From assembly GCF_003018115.1 (NCBI RefSeq), contig NZ_CP027457.1: a DNA stretch of 64,000 nucleotides. One strand, written 5' to 3'. Within the stretch, counting starts at the first letter, position 1, and each line of letters opens with the position of its first letter. The notes under the pieces are model-generated. The model searched no databases. It saw only the letters and a program-made list of their open reading frames with translations, and had not been told where the DNA came from. A program made the position numbers and the translations under genes. This document shows, one piece after another, positions 10,719 through 21,735 of the stretch. The stretch comes from Escherichia coli. Its GTDB lineage: Bacteria > Pseudomonadota > Gammaproteobacteria > Enterobacterales > Enterobacteriaceae.

Positions 10719-12041
10719 TTATTCGCTGATACGGCGATAGACAGTTGGTGTGCTTTCCGGTGCTTTATCGGCAAGTTTAATTGCCGCTTTCACCGCTTTC
10801 GCCGCTTCCTGCCAGCTGTTTTCGTCTTTCGCGTGGATAACCGCCAGCGGACGCTGACCGTCTACCTGGTCGCCCAGACGTGCCATATCAGTAAAGCCGA
10901 CGCTGTAATCGATGGTGTCAGATGCCTGACGGCGTCCACCGCCCATTGCAACCACTGCCATCCCCAGCGCGCGGGTATCCATTTCACTGACAAAACCTTC
11001 GGTATCAGCATAGACTGCTTTCGTCAGCATCGCTGTCGGCAGATACTTCGCGTAGTTCTCAACGAAGTCAGTCGGGCCTTTTTGTGCCGCTACCATACGA
11101 CCAAAGACTTCTGCCGCTTTACCGTTGTCCAGCACCGCCTGCAATTTCGCGCGCGCTTCGGCGTCATCTTTCGCCAGTTTGCCGGAGATCAGCATCTCCA
11201 CACACAGCGCCATCGTGACATCAAACAGACGCGGGTTACGATATTCACCCGTCAGGAACTGCACCGCTTCACGAACTTCAACCGCGTTACCTGCACTGGA
11301 GGCCAGTACCTGATTCATGTCGGTGAGCAGCGCGGTGGTGCGCACGCCAGCGCCGTTAGCCACGCCAACAATCGCTTCGGCAAGGGCTTCAGAGAGTTCG
11401 TAGGTCGGCATAAACGCGCCGCTACCCACTTTCACGTCCATCACCAGCGCATCCAGACCTTCCGCCAGTTTCTTCGCCAGGATCGAGGCAGTGATCAGCG
11501 GGATGGAGTCCACGGTTGCGGTAATATCACGGGTCGCGTAGAAACGTTTATCAGCCGGAGCCAGTGAACTGGTCTGACCGATAATCGCCACGCCGACGTC
11601 TTTAATAATTTCGCGGAAACGGTTGTCATCCGGGAAAATGTCGAAGCCAGGGATGGATTCCAGTTTGTCGAGCGTACCGCCAGTATGACCGAGGCCGCGA
11701 CCGGAGATCATCGGAATATAGCCGCCGCAGGCTGCGACCATCGGCCCCAACATCAGCGAAGTCACATCGCCGACGCCACCGGTGGAGTGTTTATCAACAA
11801 TCGGGCCATTCAGATGCAGGCTTTTCCAGTCGAGAACGGTTCCTGAATCTCGCATCGCCATGGTCAGCGAGACACGCTCAGGCATTGTCATATCGTGGAA
11901 GAAAATGGTCATCGCGAGGGCGGCAATCTGCCCTTCGGAGATAGTGTTGTCGCGAATACCGTTGATAAAGAAACGAATTTCTTCATCGCTCAGCGCATGA
12001 CCATCACGTTTTTTACGAATAATTTCTTGTGCGAGAAACAA
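10719..12041 (-). CDS. deoA: thymidine phosphorylase DeoA (440 aa, TTG start)
   Basis: ORF track 440 aa; minus-strand start codon is TTG preceded by GGGAGG. Confidence 0.95.
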
Positions 12042-12077
12042 GGTAACCTCCCGAGGAAAAGAGTATGAGGCGGCTTT

Positions 12078-12155
12078 TGCCGGATGCGTCTACGCCTTAT
12101 CCGGCCTACGGGTAGATACGTCTCGTAGGCCTGATAAGCGCAGCGCATCAGGCGT
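12078..12155. repeat. REP element pair between deoC and deoA
   Basis: TGCCGGATGCG...CTTATCCGGCCTAC and inverted GTAGGCCTGATAAGCG...CATCAGGCG units. Confidence 0.8.
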
Positions 12156-12167
12156 AAAGCATCTTAC

Positions 12168-12947
12168 TTAGTAGCTGCTGGCGCTCTTACCGTCACCGTG
12201 GCCCAGCGCTTTCAACAGGCTTGCCAGCAGGCTGGAAGCACCAAAGCGGTAGTGACGCGCATCTGCCCAGTCAGCACCGAACAGTTCATCTGCGATGGCG
12301 AGATATTTCTGCGCATCTTCCGCAGTACGCACGCCGCCCGCTGGTTTGAAACCAACGGTTTTTTCTACGCCCATATCACGGATCACTTCCATCATGATGC
12401 GCGCGCTTTCCGGCGTCGCGTTCACAGCCACTTTACCGGTAGAGGTTTTGATGAAGTCCGCACCCGCTTTGATGGAGATTTCAGACGCTTTACGGATCAG
12501 CGCTTCGTCTTTCAGTTCGCCAGTTTCGATGATCACTTTCAGCAGTACATTCGCTGCCGCGCAAGCCTCTTTACAGGCTTTCACCAGGTCAAAACCAACC
12601 TGCTCGTTACCCGCCATCAGCGCGCGGTACGGGAACACCACGTCAACTTCATCAGCACCGTAGGCGATTGCCGCACGGGTTTCTGCCAGCGCGATTTCGA
12701 TGTCGTCGTTACCGTGTGGGAAGTTGGTTACCGTAGCAATACGGATTTCCGGGGTGCCCTGCTCTTTCAGTGTTTTGCGAGCAATCGGGATAAAGCGAGG
12801 ATAGATACAGATAGCGGCGGTATTGCCGACCGGGGTTTTGGCCTGATGACACAGAGCAATTACTTTCTCGTCGGTGTCGTCGTCATTCAGGGTGGTCAGG
12901 TCCATCAATTTCAGTGCACGCAGGCTGCTTGCTTTCAGATCAGTCAT
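12168..12947 (-). CDS. deoC: deoxyribose-phosphate aldolase DeoC (259 aa)
   Basis: ORF track; start at internal ATG giving [29 protein letters not shown]. Confidence 0.95.
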
Positions 12948-12991
12948 TTCATTCTCCTGGCTTGTCGCCAATAAAATTCACCTTGCGAGTT

Positions 12992-13007
12992 TGTTAGTAT
13001 TCTAACA
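12992..13007 (-). promoter_or_regulatory. DeoR operator O2 at deoP2
   Basis: 16-bp near-palindrome TGTTAGTATTCTAACA (TGTTAGAATACTAACA in deoC orientation), 45 bp upstream of the deoC ATG. Confidence 0.75.
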
Positions 13008-13018
13008 TCTACTCCGCA

Positions 13019-13040
13019 ACACACTTCGATACACATCACA
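13019..13040 (-). promoter_or_regulatory. CRP site 1 of deoP2
   Basis: minus strand reads TGTGATGTGTATCGAAGTGTGT; centre about 40 bp upstream of the expected P2 start, overlapping O2 downstream. Confidence 0.65.
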
Positions 13041-13059
13041 ATTAAGGAAATCTACTTAC

Positions 13060-13105
13060 AAGTTTGCATCACTGTAATGCGATCTGGTTCAAATAATTCA
13101 CTTTC
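13060..13105 (-). promoter_or_regulatory. CRP site 2 / CytR-binding region of deoP2 (approximate)
   Basis: minus strand AAGTGAATTATTTGAACCAGATCGCATTACAGTGATGCA lies ~53 bp upstream of CRP-1, matching the tandem-CRP/CytR layout of deoP2. Confidence 0.45.
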
Positions 13106-13204
13106 AAATGAATGCGTCAGTGGTGGCAAACGCATCAGGATCAAAGTGAACATCACGAAACTTCTTACAATGGCGCATCACCTTCGGCATAAAAGGAAAA
13201 GAAG

Positions 13205-14755
13205 ATGCCCACTTCTCATGAAAATGCACTGCAACAACGTTGCCAGCAAATTGTCACCAGCCCAGTGCTTAGCCCGGAGCAGAAGCGCCATTTTCTGGCA
13301 CTGGAAGCAGAAAACAATCTGCCTTACCCACAGCTTCCTGCCGAAGCCCGCCGCGCGCTGGATGAAGGTGTAATCTGCGATATGTTTGAAGGTCATGCGC
13401 CGTACAAACCGCGCTATGTCTTACCCGATTACGCCCGTTTTCTGGCGAACGGTTCCGAATGGCTGGAGCTGGAAGGCGCGAAAGATCTTGATGACGCACT
13501 CTCTCTGCTGACCATTCTTTACCACCACGTACCGTCGGTCACATCGATGCCGGTCTACCTGGGGCAACTGGATGCGTTGTTGCAACCGTATGTTAGAATT
13601 CTAACACAAGACGAGATCGATGTTCGAATAAAACGTTTCTGGCGTTACCTCGACAGAACCCTGCCAGACGCCTTTATGCACGCCAATATCGGCCCGTCTG
13701 ATTCGCCCATTACCCGCGCGATCTTACGTGCAGACGCAGAGTTGAAGCAGGTTTCACCGAACCTGACCTTTATCTACGATCCTGAAATCACCCCTGATGA
13801 CCTGCTGCTGGAAGTGGCGAAGAACATCTGTGAATGTAGCAAACCGCACATCGCCAACGGTCCGGTGCATGATAAAATTTTCACAAAAGGGGGCTACGGG
13901 ATTGTGAGCTGTTACAACTCACTGCCGCTGGCGGGTGGTGGCAGCACGCTGGTACGCCTTAACCTGAAAGCCATTGCCGAGCGCAGCGAATCGCTGGATG
14001 ACTTCTTTACGCGCACTCTACCGCACTACTGCCAGCAGCAGATCGCCATCATCGATGCGCGGTGTGAATTCCTCTATCAACAATCACACTTCTTTGAGAA
14101 TAGCTTCCTGGTGAAAGAAGGGCTGATTAACCCTGAACGTTTTGTGCCAATGTTTGGCATGTATGGGCTGGCGGAAGCGGTTAACTTGCTGTGTGAGAAA
14201 GAAGGGATTGCCGCGCGCTACGGTAAAGAAGCCGCCGCAAATGAAGTGGGTTATCGCATCAGCGCGCAACTGGCGGAGTTTGTCGCCAATACCCCCGTGA
14301 AATATGGCTGGCAAAAACGCGCCATGTTACACGCACAGTCGGGGATCAGTTCCGATATCGGCACCACGCCGGGCGCGCGTTTGCCGTATGGCGATGAGCC
14401 AGATCCGATCACCCATCTGCAAACTGTCGCCCCGCATCATGCTTATTATTATTCCGGCATCAGCGACATTCTGACGCTCGACGAAACCATCAAACGTAAC
14501 CCGCAGGCACTGGTACAGCTTTGCCTCGGTGCCTTTAAAGCCGGAATGCGTGAATTTACCGCCAATGTCAGCGGTAACGATCTGGTTCGCGTTACCGGTT
14601 ATATGGTGCGTTTGTCGGATTTAGAAAAATATCGCGCCGAAGGTTCACGCACCAACACCACCTGGCTGGGCGAAGAAGCCGCACGCAACACTCGTATTCT
14701 GGAACGCCAGCCGCGCGTGATAAGCCATGAACAGCAGATGCGCTTTAGTCAGTAA
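13205..14755 (+). CDS. yjjI: YjjI, glycyl-radical-enzyme family protein of unknown substrate (516 aa)
   Basis: ORF track 516 aa; C-terminal glycyl radical-type motif RVTGYMVRL; divergent from deoC. Confidence 0.9.
   Translation: MPTSHENALQQRCQQIVTSPVLSPEQKRHFLALEAENNLPYPQLPAEARRALDEGVICDMFEGHAPYKPRYVLPDYARFLANGSEWLELEGAKDLDDALSLLTILYHHVPSVTSMPVYLGQLDALLQPYVRILTQDEIDVRIKRFWRYLDRTLPDAFMHANIGPSDSPITRAILRADAELKQVSPNLTFIYDPEITPDDLLLEVAKNICECSKPHIANGPVHDKIFTKGGYGIVSCYNSLPLAGGGSTLVRLNLKAIAERSESLDDFFTRTLPHYCQQQIAIIDARCEFLYQQSHFFENSFLVKEGLINPERFVPMFGMYGLAEAVNLLCEKEGIAARYGKEAAANEVGYRISAQLAEFVANTPVKYGWQKRAMLHAQSGISSDIGTTPGARLPYGDEPDPITHLQTVAPHHAYYYSGISDILTLDETIKRNPQALVQLCLGAFKAGMREFTANVSGNDLVRVTGYMVRLSDLEKYRAEGSRTNTTWLGEEAARNTRILERQPRVISHEQQMRFSQ
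13591..13606 (-). promoter_or_regulatory. DeoR operator O1 at deoP1
   Basis: perfect 16-bp palindrome TGTTAGAATTCTAACA exactly 599 bp upstream of O2. Confidence 0.7.
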
Positions 14756-15590
14756 GATTATCCCCTTCTCCTGCGTTGACGGGCCAGGCAGTCGTCTGGC
14801 TCTGTTTTTGCAGGGCTGCAATCTGCGCTGCAAAAACTGTCACAATCCGTGGACGATGGGGCGTTGTAATCATTGCGGAGAGTGCGTGCCACAGTGTCCG
14901 CATCAGGCGTTGCAGATTGTTGACGGCAAAGTGGTGTGGAACGCTGTGGTTTGCGAGCAGTGTGATACCTGCCTGAAGATGTGTCCGCAACATGCCACAC
15001 CAATGGCGCAATCCATGAGCGTGGACGAAGTGCTTAGCCATGTCCGCAAAGCAGTGCTGTTTATCGAAGGGATAACGGTGAGTGGCGGTGAAGCCACGAC
15101 CCAGCTGCCGTTTGTGGTGGCGCTGTTTACTGCCATCAAAAACGATCCGCAACTGTGCCATCTCACCTGCCTCGTGGACAGTAACGGTATGTTGAGCGAA
15201 ACCGGCTGGGAAAAATTGCTCCCGGTGTGCGACGGCGCAATGCTCGATCTCAAAGCGTGGGGGAGCGAATGTCATCAACAATTAACCGGACGCGATAATC
15301 AGCAGATTAAGCGCAGCATCTGTTTGCTGGCAGAGCGCGGCAAGCTGGCGGAACTGCGTTTGCTGGTGATCCCTGGCCAGGTGGATTATTTGCAACACAT
15401 CGAAGAACTGGCGGCGTTTATCAAGGGAGTCGGCGATGTTCCGGTACGCCTGAACGCGTTTCATGCCCACGGCGTGTATGGCGAGGCGCAAAGCTGGGCG
15501 AGCGCCACGCCGGAAGACGTTGAGCCGTTGGCTGATGCGTTCCGGGAGCGCGGGGTGAGCCGGTTAATATTTCCGGCGCTGTATTTGTGA
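14727..15590 (+). CDS. yjjW: YjjW, glycyl-radical-enzyme activating enzyme (radical SAM, 287 aa)
   Basis: ORF track; CNLRCKNC (CX3CX2C) radical-SAM cluster plus two ferredoxin-like Cys clusters ([24 protein letters not shown]); overlaps yjjI by 29 bp. Confidence 0.9.
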   Translation: MNSRCALVSKIIPFSCVDGPGSRLALFLQGCNLRCKNCHNPWTMGRCNHCGECVPQCPHQALQIVDGKVVWNAVVCEQCDTCLKMCPQHATPMAQSMSVDEVLSHVRKAVLFIEGITVSGGEATTQLPFVVALFTAIKNDPQLCHLTCLVDSNGMLSETGWEKLLPVCDGAMLDLKAWGSECHQQLTGRDNQQIKRSICLLAERGKLAELRLLVIPGQVDYLQHIEELAAFIKGVGDVPVRLNAFHAHGVYGEAQSWASATPEDVEPLADAFRERGVSRLIFPALYL

Positions 15591-16095
15591 CATGCCGGAT
15601 ACGGCCTACGGTTCGGCACAGACTTGTAGGCCTGATAAGACGCGTCAAGCGTCGCATCAGGCATTGTGCGCCAACTGCCGGATGCGGCGTGAACGCCTTA
15701 TCCGGCCTACGGTTCGGCACAGACTTGTAGGCATGATAAGACGCGTCAGCGTCGCATCAGGCATTGTGCGCCAACTGCCGGATGCGGCGTGAACGCCTTA
15801 TCCGGCCTACGGTTCGGCACAGACTTGTAGGCATGATAAGACGCGTCAGCGTCGCATCAGGCATTGTGCGCCAACTGCCGGATGCGGCGTGAACGCCTTA
15901 TCCGGCCTATGGTTCGGCACAGACTTGTAGGCATGATAAGACGCGTCAGTGTCGCATCAGGCATTGTGCGCCAACTGCCGGATGCGGCGTGAACGCCTTA
16001 TCCGGCCTACGGTTCGGCACAGACTTGTAGGCATGATAAGACGCGTCAAGCGTCGCATCAGGCATTATGCGCCGACTGCCGGATGCTGCCTACGA
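15591..16095. repeat. tandem REP/BIME array, five ~100-bp units
   Basis: GGTTCGGCACAGACTTGTAGGC recurs at 15610, 15711, 15811, 15911 and 16011; each unit holds two inverted REP palindromes. Confidence 0.9.
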
Positions 16096-16103
16096 AGGGC
16101 AAA

Positions 16104-16886
16104 CTACCCACTAACGCTAAACACCGCATACGTATTATTAAGCAACACTTCGGCAATCTCATCTTCTGGTTCCGGGCGCAACTCGCAAAGCACGTCAAAC
16201 ACCCGCACAGCCTGTTCCGGGCGGTTAGGCTGCCCCTGAAAGCCGTTGAGCGGCATATCCGGCGCGTCGGTTTCCAGCAACAACGATGCCAGCGGTAATT
16301 TTGCGATGACATCGCGGGTTTTACTGGCGCGTGGATAGGTGATAGTACCGCCTACGCCGATTTTGTAGCCCAGCTGTACAAACCGCTCTGCCTGTTGCAG
16401 GCTGCCGGAAAAACCGTGAACCACGCCAGTGCGCGATAAATCGTGGCGTTTAAGATGCATCGCCAGTTTGTCGTGTGTGCGCCGTGAATGCAGGATCACC
16501 GGCAGATCGTAGCGTTTCGCCAGTTTCAGTTGTTCGTCGAGTAACCACTGCTGCCTCTCAAATTGCGAATCGTCGCCGAAGAGATCCAGACCGATCTCCC
16601 CCACTGCCACCACCTTCGCCGGACGCCTTTCCAGCGCCTGCTGTAGCTGCTCAAGAGACACATAGCTATGTTTTTCCAACATACCAGGATGCAAGCCCAA
16701 TGCGGCATACAGCGGTTGATAATTTTCCGCTAATGCCAACACACGGGCAAAATTTTCCGCCTCTGTCGCCGGAACAATGATCTTGCCTACACCCGCTTGT
16801 GCCGCGCGTTGCAGGCTGGCCTCTTCATCGCCACTAAACGGCGGGAAATCAAAATGGCAGTGGGTGTCGATAAAACGGCAAATCAA
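16104..16886 (-). CDS. yjjV: TatD-family metal-dependent hydrolase YjjV (260 aa)
   Basis: ORF track; N-terminal IDTHCHFDF motif typical of TatD-like hydrolases. Confidence 0.9.
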   Translation of the reverse strand: MICRFIDTHCHFDFPPFSGDEEASLQRAAQAGVGKIIVPATEAENFARVLALAENYQPLYAALGLHPGMLEKHSYVSLEQLQQALERRPAKVVAVGEIGLDLFGDDSQFERQQWLLDEQLKLAKRYDLPVILHSRRTHDKLAMHLKRHDLSRTGVVHGFSGSLQQAERFVQLGYKIGVGGTITYPRASKTRDVIAKLPLASLLLETDAPDMPLNGFQGQPNRPEQAVRVFDVLCELRPEPEDEIAEVLLNNTYAVFSVSG

Positions 16887-17956
16887 GCCAGATCCTCATT
16901 GTTAAATGTCGGGTCGTTCGCCTGCGGAGCATCGCTCACTTCGGCAACCAGTGTATCGTTGGCGACTGGCGCAGGCGGAATGACAATCGATTCCGGCGTC
17001 ACCACTGGAACCAGATGGCGGGTAAGCGGCGCTTTTTCAGTTAATAGCTTACCAACCGTGGCGAGGAAATAACGACCGCATAAACGCCCAAGTTTATAGT
17101 CTTCACGCAGCGCCGGAATCCGACTGCCAAGCGCGATACTATGTAATGGCTTCGGCGGATAAATTTCGAATATCCGCAGCTTGCCCGGTGGTTTCTCAAT
17201 AAATTGCTGAATGTCACGATAGCTGGTTTCATGATGCTGCACCAGATTGACCAGCGGCTGCAGGCTACTGTCACCCAGCCAGCGTTCCATGCGTTTGAAC
17301 CACTGCGGCGTGTAGTACATTTGTGACGGCACAGTGCGGATGACGACCAACGTTTTAGCGCCCTGCCTTGCCGCCTCTTTAACCGGAATCGCATCACTGA
17401 TCCCGCCATCCAGGTAGTTAATGCCTTCCAGCGACACTCCGCTACGATAAAAGCCAGGTATCGCACTGGAGGCGCGAATCACATCCAGCCAGTTTTGTTT
17501 GGTTGGTAAAAAGTAATTCGGCGCGTAGTCATCCTGACGACAGGCGCACATATAAAACGATTTGCCGCTGTCAAACAACCGCGCGGCGGTATCCATTTGC
17601 AACGGCATCTGGCTTGCGGTGGCCTCCACCAGCCAGTCGAGATCGATAAGATTTCCTCCACGGACAAAGCGCAATGGATCGAAAAATTCGCGTTTTGTGG
17701 TATAGCGCATGATGACTTTGCGCGCGTAACCGGGCTGATTGCAGATAAACGCCGAGAGGTTCTGCGCCCCGGCAGATGTGCCGAGATAAAGATCGAAAGG
17801 ATTAAACTGCGCGCGCATAAACTCATCCAGCACGCCAGCCGTGAAAATTCCACGCTGTCCGCCGCCTTCGCACACCAGAGCTATTCGTCCAGGCTGGAAC
17901 GGCCTTAGCGACAACGGCGCAATATTACCAAGCGTTACAGGTATTCGCTGCCCCAC
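16883..17956 (-). CDS. yjjU: patatin-like phospholipase YjjU (357 aa from GTG; an upstream ATG at 17992 would give 369 aa)
   Basis: ORF track; GGGQRG oxyanion motif and GTSAG serine-lipase motif. Confidence 0.85.
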   Translation of the reverse strand: MGQRIPVTLGNIAPLSLRPFQPGRIALVCEGGGQRGIFTAGVLDEFMRAQFNPFDLYLGTSAGAQNLSAFICNQPGYARKVIMRYTTKREFFDPLRFVRGGNLIDLDWLVEATASQMPLQMDTAARLFDSGKSFYMCACRQDDYAPNYFLPTKQNWLDVIRASSAIPGFYRSGVSLEGINYLDGGISDAIPVKEAARQGAKTLVVIRTVPSQMYYTPQWFKRMERWLGDSSLQPLVNLVQHHETSYRDIQQFIEKPPGKLRIFEIYPPKPLHSIALGSRIPALREDYKLGRLCGRYFLATVGKLLTEKAPLTRHLVPVVTPESIVIPPAPVANDTLVAEVSDAPQANDPTFNNEDLA

Positions 17957-18012
17957 CTCTGCCTTCCTGTTTTTGTTGTGAAAGAATGACAAAGTAACGC
18001 AATTTATTATTC

Positions 18013-18049
18013 GCTAAAACCGCAAAAGCCAGTCCGCTGGACTGGCTTT
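18013..18049 (-). terminator. rho-independent terminator downstream of ytjA
   Basis: AAAGCCAGTCC-GCT-GGACTGGCTTT hairpin followed on the minus strand by a U-rich tract. Confidence 0.6.
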
Positions 18050-18077
18050 GGATAAAATTTTCTTAATGGTCTGAAAT

Positions 18078-18239
18078 CTAGGGTCGTTTTCGGCCCATGA
18101 ACAAACTCACCAGGAACAGAATAATCCCGACGACAAAGACAATTTTAGCTGCGCCTGCAGCGGTACCGGCCAGACCACCAAACCCAAGTGCGGCGGCGAT
18201 TAACGCGATAACCAGAAATATGATGCCCCAACGAAACAT
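18078..18239 (-). CDS. ytjA: small membrane protein YtjA (DUF1328, 53 aa)
   Basis: ORF track; start at internal ATG giving [25 protein letters not shown]. Confidence 0.85.
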
Positions 18240-18365
18240 AAGCGTCTCCTTTACCATAGTTAATGTCACCGCTTGATATGAGCGTGAAAATCACTCAATG
18301 CGATATTTTTAGTGTGGTGCACATCGCGCCTCCCGACAAAGTTCGGGAGGACGAATTACGACGAA

Positions 18366-18971
18366 TTACTTAGTTTTCAGATCATTTTTAACGCTTTTCA
18401 CACCATCTACCGCTTTGGCGATACTTTCAGCACGGTCACTTTGTGCCTGAGAATCTACGGTACCGGAGAGCTGAACCACGCCATCGGTGGTTTCAACTTT
18501 CACTTTACGTGAAGGGACGATATCGTCCGCCAGCAGTTTGGCTTTGATTTCACTGGTGGTGGCGGTGTCACCCGCGTAGCCCTTCACAGAGCCTTCTTTA
18601 GCGTCGCGAACGTGCAGTTTGTCGCTGACAGAGGTCACGCCTTCAACGCCTTTCGCCACTTTCACTGCCTCTTCGGCCTGGGCCTGACTTTCAACGAAAC
18701 CGCTCAGGGTCACGACTTTTTGATCGGTTTTGACAGAGATATCGGTGCTCTTGATGTTGTCATGATCCACCAGCGCCGCCTTCACTTTCGCGGTGATGGC
18801 GCTGTCATCCATGAAATTACCGACTTTATTCATAGAGCTATCGACTTTTTGCCCTGCGCTTTCATTGGTAGTCTGCGCGTTGTTTTCCGCGTAGGCAGAG
18901 CCGGTCGCGACGGCAGAGGTCAACATTACAGCCAGCAGAGTTTTCGAAATCTTCAGTCTTGTCATAGTCAT
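18366..18971 (-). CDS. osmY: osmotically inducible periplasmic protein OsmY (201 aa)
   Basis: ORF track; start at internal ATG giving [28 protein letters not shown] signal peptide; two BON domains. Confidence 0.95.
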   Translation of the reverse strand: MTMTRLKISKTLLAVMLTSAVATGSAYAENNAQTTNESAGQKVDSSMNKVGNFMDDSAITAKVKAALVDHDNIKSTDISVKTDQKVVTLSGFVESQAQAEEAVKVAKGVEGVTSVSDKLHVRDAKEGSVKGYAGDTATTSEIKAKLLADDIVPSRKVKVETTDGVVQLSGTVDSQAQSDRAESIAKAVDGVKSVKNDLKTK

Positions 18972-19327
18972 CGATTTATTCCTGTATGTTTGCTCGTAAT
19001 TTGAGCCTGGCAACACGAGGTTGCATTGCTGAATAGGGAGAGACTTCACCCTCTACAGAAGTCAATGGTCGCCATCACAAAAGCGATGAGTGATGAATAA
19101 CGACCATTACAGCCTCTGAATCAGTTATTAATATCGGTAGAATGACAATCGACGGCTTTAGATACTGATATCTACGCATTGAACGGTATTTAACGCCGTC
19201 AGAAATGTCATCACTTTGTTAAATATAGATCACAATTTTGAAACCGCTCGGGATATCAGCGAAAACATAAGCAAAAGTGAATGTTTTAAGAACATTCCGT
19301 AAGCGGCTAATAAGGAAGGGAAATTGA

Positions 19328-19353
19328 CAGGGCGCAGCGGCTACCGCGCCCTG
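19328..19353 (-). terminator. hairpin downstream of prfC, probable terminator
   Basis: CAGGGCGC / GCGCCCTG 8-bp stem ending 10 bp past the prfC stop codon. Confidence 0.4.
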
Positions 19354-19363
19354 GAGACAAGAA

Positions 19364-20953
19364 TTAATGCTCGCGGGTCTGGTGGAACTGAACGTCCGGA
19401 TAACGTTCCTGCGCCAGGCGCAGGTTAACCATGCTGGTAGCGATGTAAGCGAGGTTATCGCCGCCATCAAGCGCCAGTTGGCTTTCGTTCTTACGCTTGA
19501 ACTCTTCGAATTTCTTCGCGTCCGCACATTCTACCCAGCGGGCAGTGGCAACGTTGACTGACTCATACACTGCTTCAACGTTGTATTCGCTCTTCAGGCG
19601 CGCTACCACCACATCAAACTGCAGCACACCAACTGCACCAACGATCAGGTCGTTGTTGGAGATCGGACGGAACACCTGCACCGCGCCCTCTTCGGAAAGC
19701 TGTACCAGCCCTTTGAGCAGCTGTTTTTGCTTCAGCGGATCTTTCAGGCGGATACGACGGAACAGTTCTGGCGCGAAGTTCGGAATACCGGTGAACTTCA
19801 TCATCTCACCCTGGGTAAAGGTGTCGCCGATCTGAATGGTGCCGTGGTTGTGCAGGCCGAGGATATCGCCCGGATACGCTTCTTCAACGTGCGAACGGTC
19901 ACCCGCCATAAAGGTCAGCGCGTCGGAGATCACCACATCTTTCGCAGTACGCACCTGGCGCAGTTTCATGCCTTTTTCATATTTACCGGACACCACACGC
20001 ATAAACGCCACGCGGTCGCGGTGTTTCGGGTCCATGTTGGCCTGAATTTTAAATACGAAGCCGGTAAATTTATCTTCGCTCGCTTCTACGGTACGAGTAT
20101 CGGTCTGACGCGGCATCGGCGCAGGCGCCCACTCCACCAGGCCATCCAGCATATGATCAACGCCGAAGTTACCCAGCGCAGTACCGAAGAATACCGGAGT
20201 GATTTCGCCCGCAAGGAACAGCTCTTTGTCGAACTCGTTAGACGCGCCTTTAACCAGTTCCAGTTCGTCACGCAGCTGCTGTGCCAGATCTTCACCAACC
20301 GCAGCATCGAGATCCGGGTTATTCAGCCCTTTAACAATGCGGACTTCCTGAATGGTGTGCCCTTTACCGCTCTGATAGAGATAGGTTTCATCTTTATAAA
20401 GGTGGTAAACGCCTTTAAACAGCTTGCCGCAGCCAATTGGCCAGGTGATCGGTGCGCAGCCAATTTTCAGCTCGTTCTCAACTTCATCGAGCAATTCCAT
20501 CGGGTCGCGGATATCACGGTCAAGTTTGTTCATAAAGGTGAGGATCGGCGTGTCGCGCAGACGGGTAACTTCCATCAGCTTGCGGGTACGATCTTCAACA
20601 CCTTTTGCGGCGTCGATAACCATCAGGCAGCAGTCCACCGCCGTCAGGGTACGATAGGTATCTTCCGAGAAGTCTTCGTGCCCCGGGGTGTCGAGCAGGT
20701 TAACCAGGCAATCGTGATACGGAAACTGCATCACAGACGTAGTAATGGAGATCCCACGCTGCTTTTCCATCTCCATCCAGTCCGACTTAGCGTGCTGGTT
20801 GGAACCACGGCCTTTTACTGTACCGGCGGTCTGAATGGCCTGTCCGAACAGCAGCACCTTCTCGGTGATGGTAGTCTTACCGGCGTCCGGGTGAGAAATA
20901 ATGGCAAAAGTGCGGCGCTTCGCCACCTCTTGCAAATAAGGAGACAACGTCAT
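19364..20953 (-). CDS. prfC: peptide chain release factor RF3 (529 aa)
   Basis: ORF track; start at internal ATG giving [28 protein letters not shown]; GTPase G1 and DTPGH motifs. Confidence 0.96.
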
Positions 20954-21043
20954 AATTCTTTCTTCTTGAGTAAGCGGCATCGCGCCGCGCTTGTTGAAAA
21001 CGAAAAATTGCGGCTATTTTACCCATCAACGGGGGGGAGGCAA

Positions 21044-21721
21044 TCAGTGTTTACACAGGAGCTGCTCCAGTTCATGCAACGAAGAAACGGTCCAGGTGGG
21101 CGCGATGCCTTCTGGTTGCTCGCGATGGTGTGCATTCAGCCAGCAGGTCGCAAGCCCGGCGTTGATGCCACCGAGAATATCGGACTCGGCAGTGTCGCCA
21201 ACCATCAGCACGCGTGAACGGTCAGGATTGCCCGCCTGTTCCAGCGCATAATCGAAAATTTTCTTATTCGGTTTAGCAACGCCAACTTCTTCGGAAATCA
21301 CCAGCAAATCGAAGTAATCACGCAGGCCCGTCCGTTCCAGACGCACTTGCTGCAAGGCGCTAAAACCGTTGGTGATGATGCCGATTTTAGCGTTGCCACG
21401 AATGGCGTTAAGCAGAGAAACCGCGCCCGGCAACGGCGTACAGATTTCCGCCATCGCATTAATAAAGGCATCGTTAAGCAAGCCTGCTTCAACTTTCAGC
21501 CGTTCGGCCCAGCTCTCAAACCGCCCGTGCTGAAGCTGTAATGAAGTGATCGCGCCGTTTTGATAATCCACCCACAGTGGCTTGTTAACGGCCTGATAGT
21601 CCTGAAAATCTTCAGCGGTAAAGGTGACGCTGTAATCAAGAAACATCCGCTGCAGGCCGGTGAATGAGTCAAAGGTAAACAGCGTTTCATCGGCATCAAA
21701 GAAAATCCAGTCCCACTTCAT
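21044..21721 (-). CDS. yjjG: pyrimidine 5'-nucleotidase YjjG (HAD family, 225 aa)
   Basis: ORF track 225 aa; HAD motif I FFDADETL. Confidence 0.93.
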   Translation of the reverse strand: MKWDWIFFDADETLFTFDSFTGLQRMFLDYSVTFTAEDFQDYQAVNKPLWVDYQNGAITSLQLQHGRFESWAERLKVEAGLLNDAFINAMAEICTPLPGAVSLLNAIRGNAKIGIITNGFSALQQVRLERTGLRDYFDLLVISEEVGVAKPNKKIFDYALEQAGNPDRSRVLMVGDTAESDILGGINAGLATCWLNAHHREQPEGIAPTWTVSSLHELEQLLCKH

Positions 21722-21735
21722 TATTCCACCTTGTC

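Noticed and set aside
12198-12974. 258-aa plus-strand ORF
   Set aside because: Antisense to deoC.
13077-13373. 98-aa ORF spanning the deoC-yjjI intergenic region
   Set aside because: Overlaps the deoP2 CRP/CytR sites and the start of yjjI; no SD; basic low-complexity product.
15591-16095. Possible CRISPR array, given regular 100-bp periodicity
   Set aside because: The repeated units are REP/BIME palindromes with no unique spacers, no cas genes nearby, and the repeat consensus matches E. coli REP sequences.
19727-21217. 496-aa plus-strand ORF
   Set aside because: Lies entirely antisense to prfC, which has strong GTPase motifs; its product is low-complexity with no recognisable domain. Shadow ORF.
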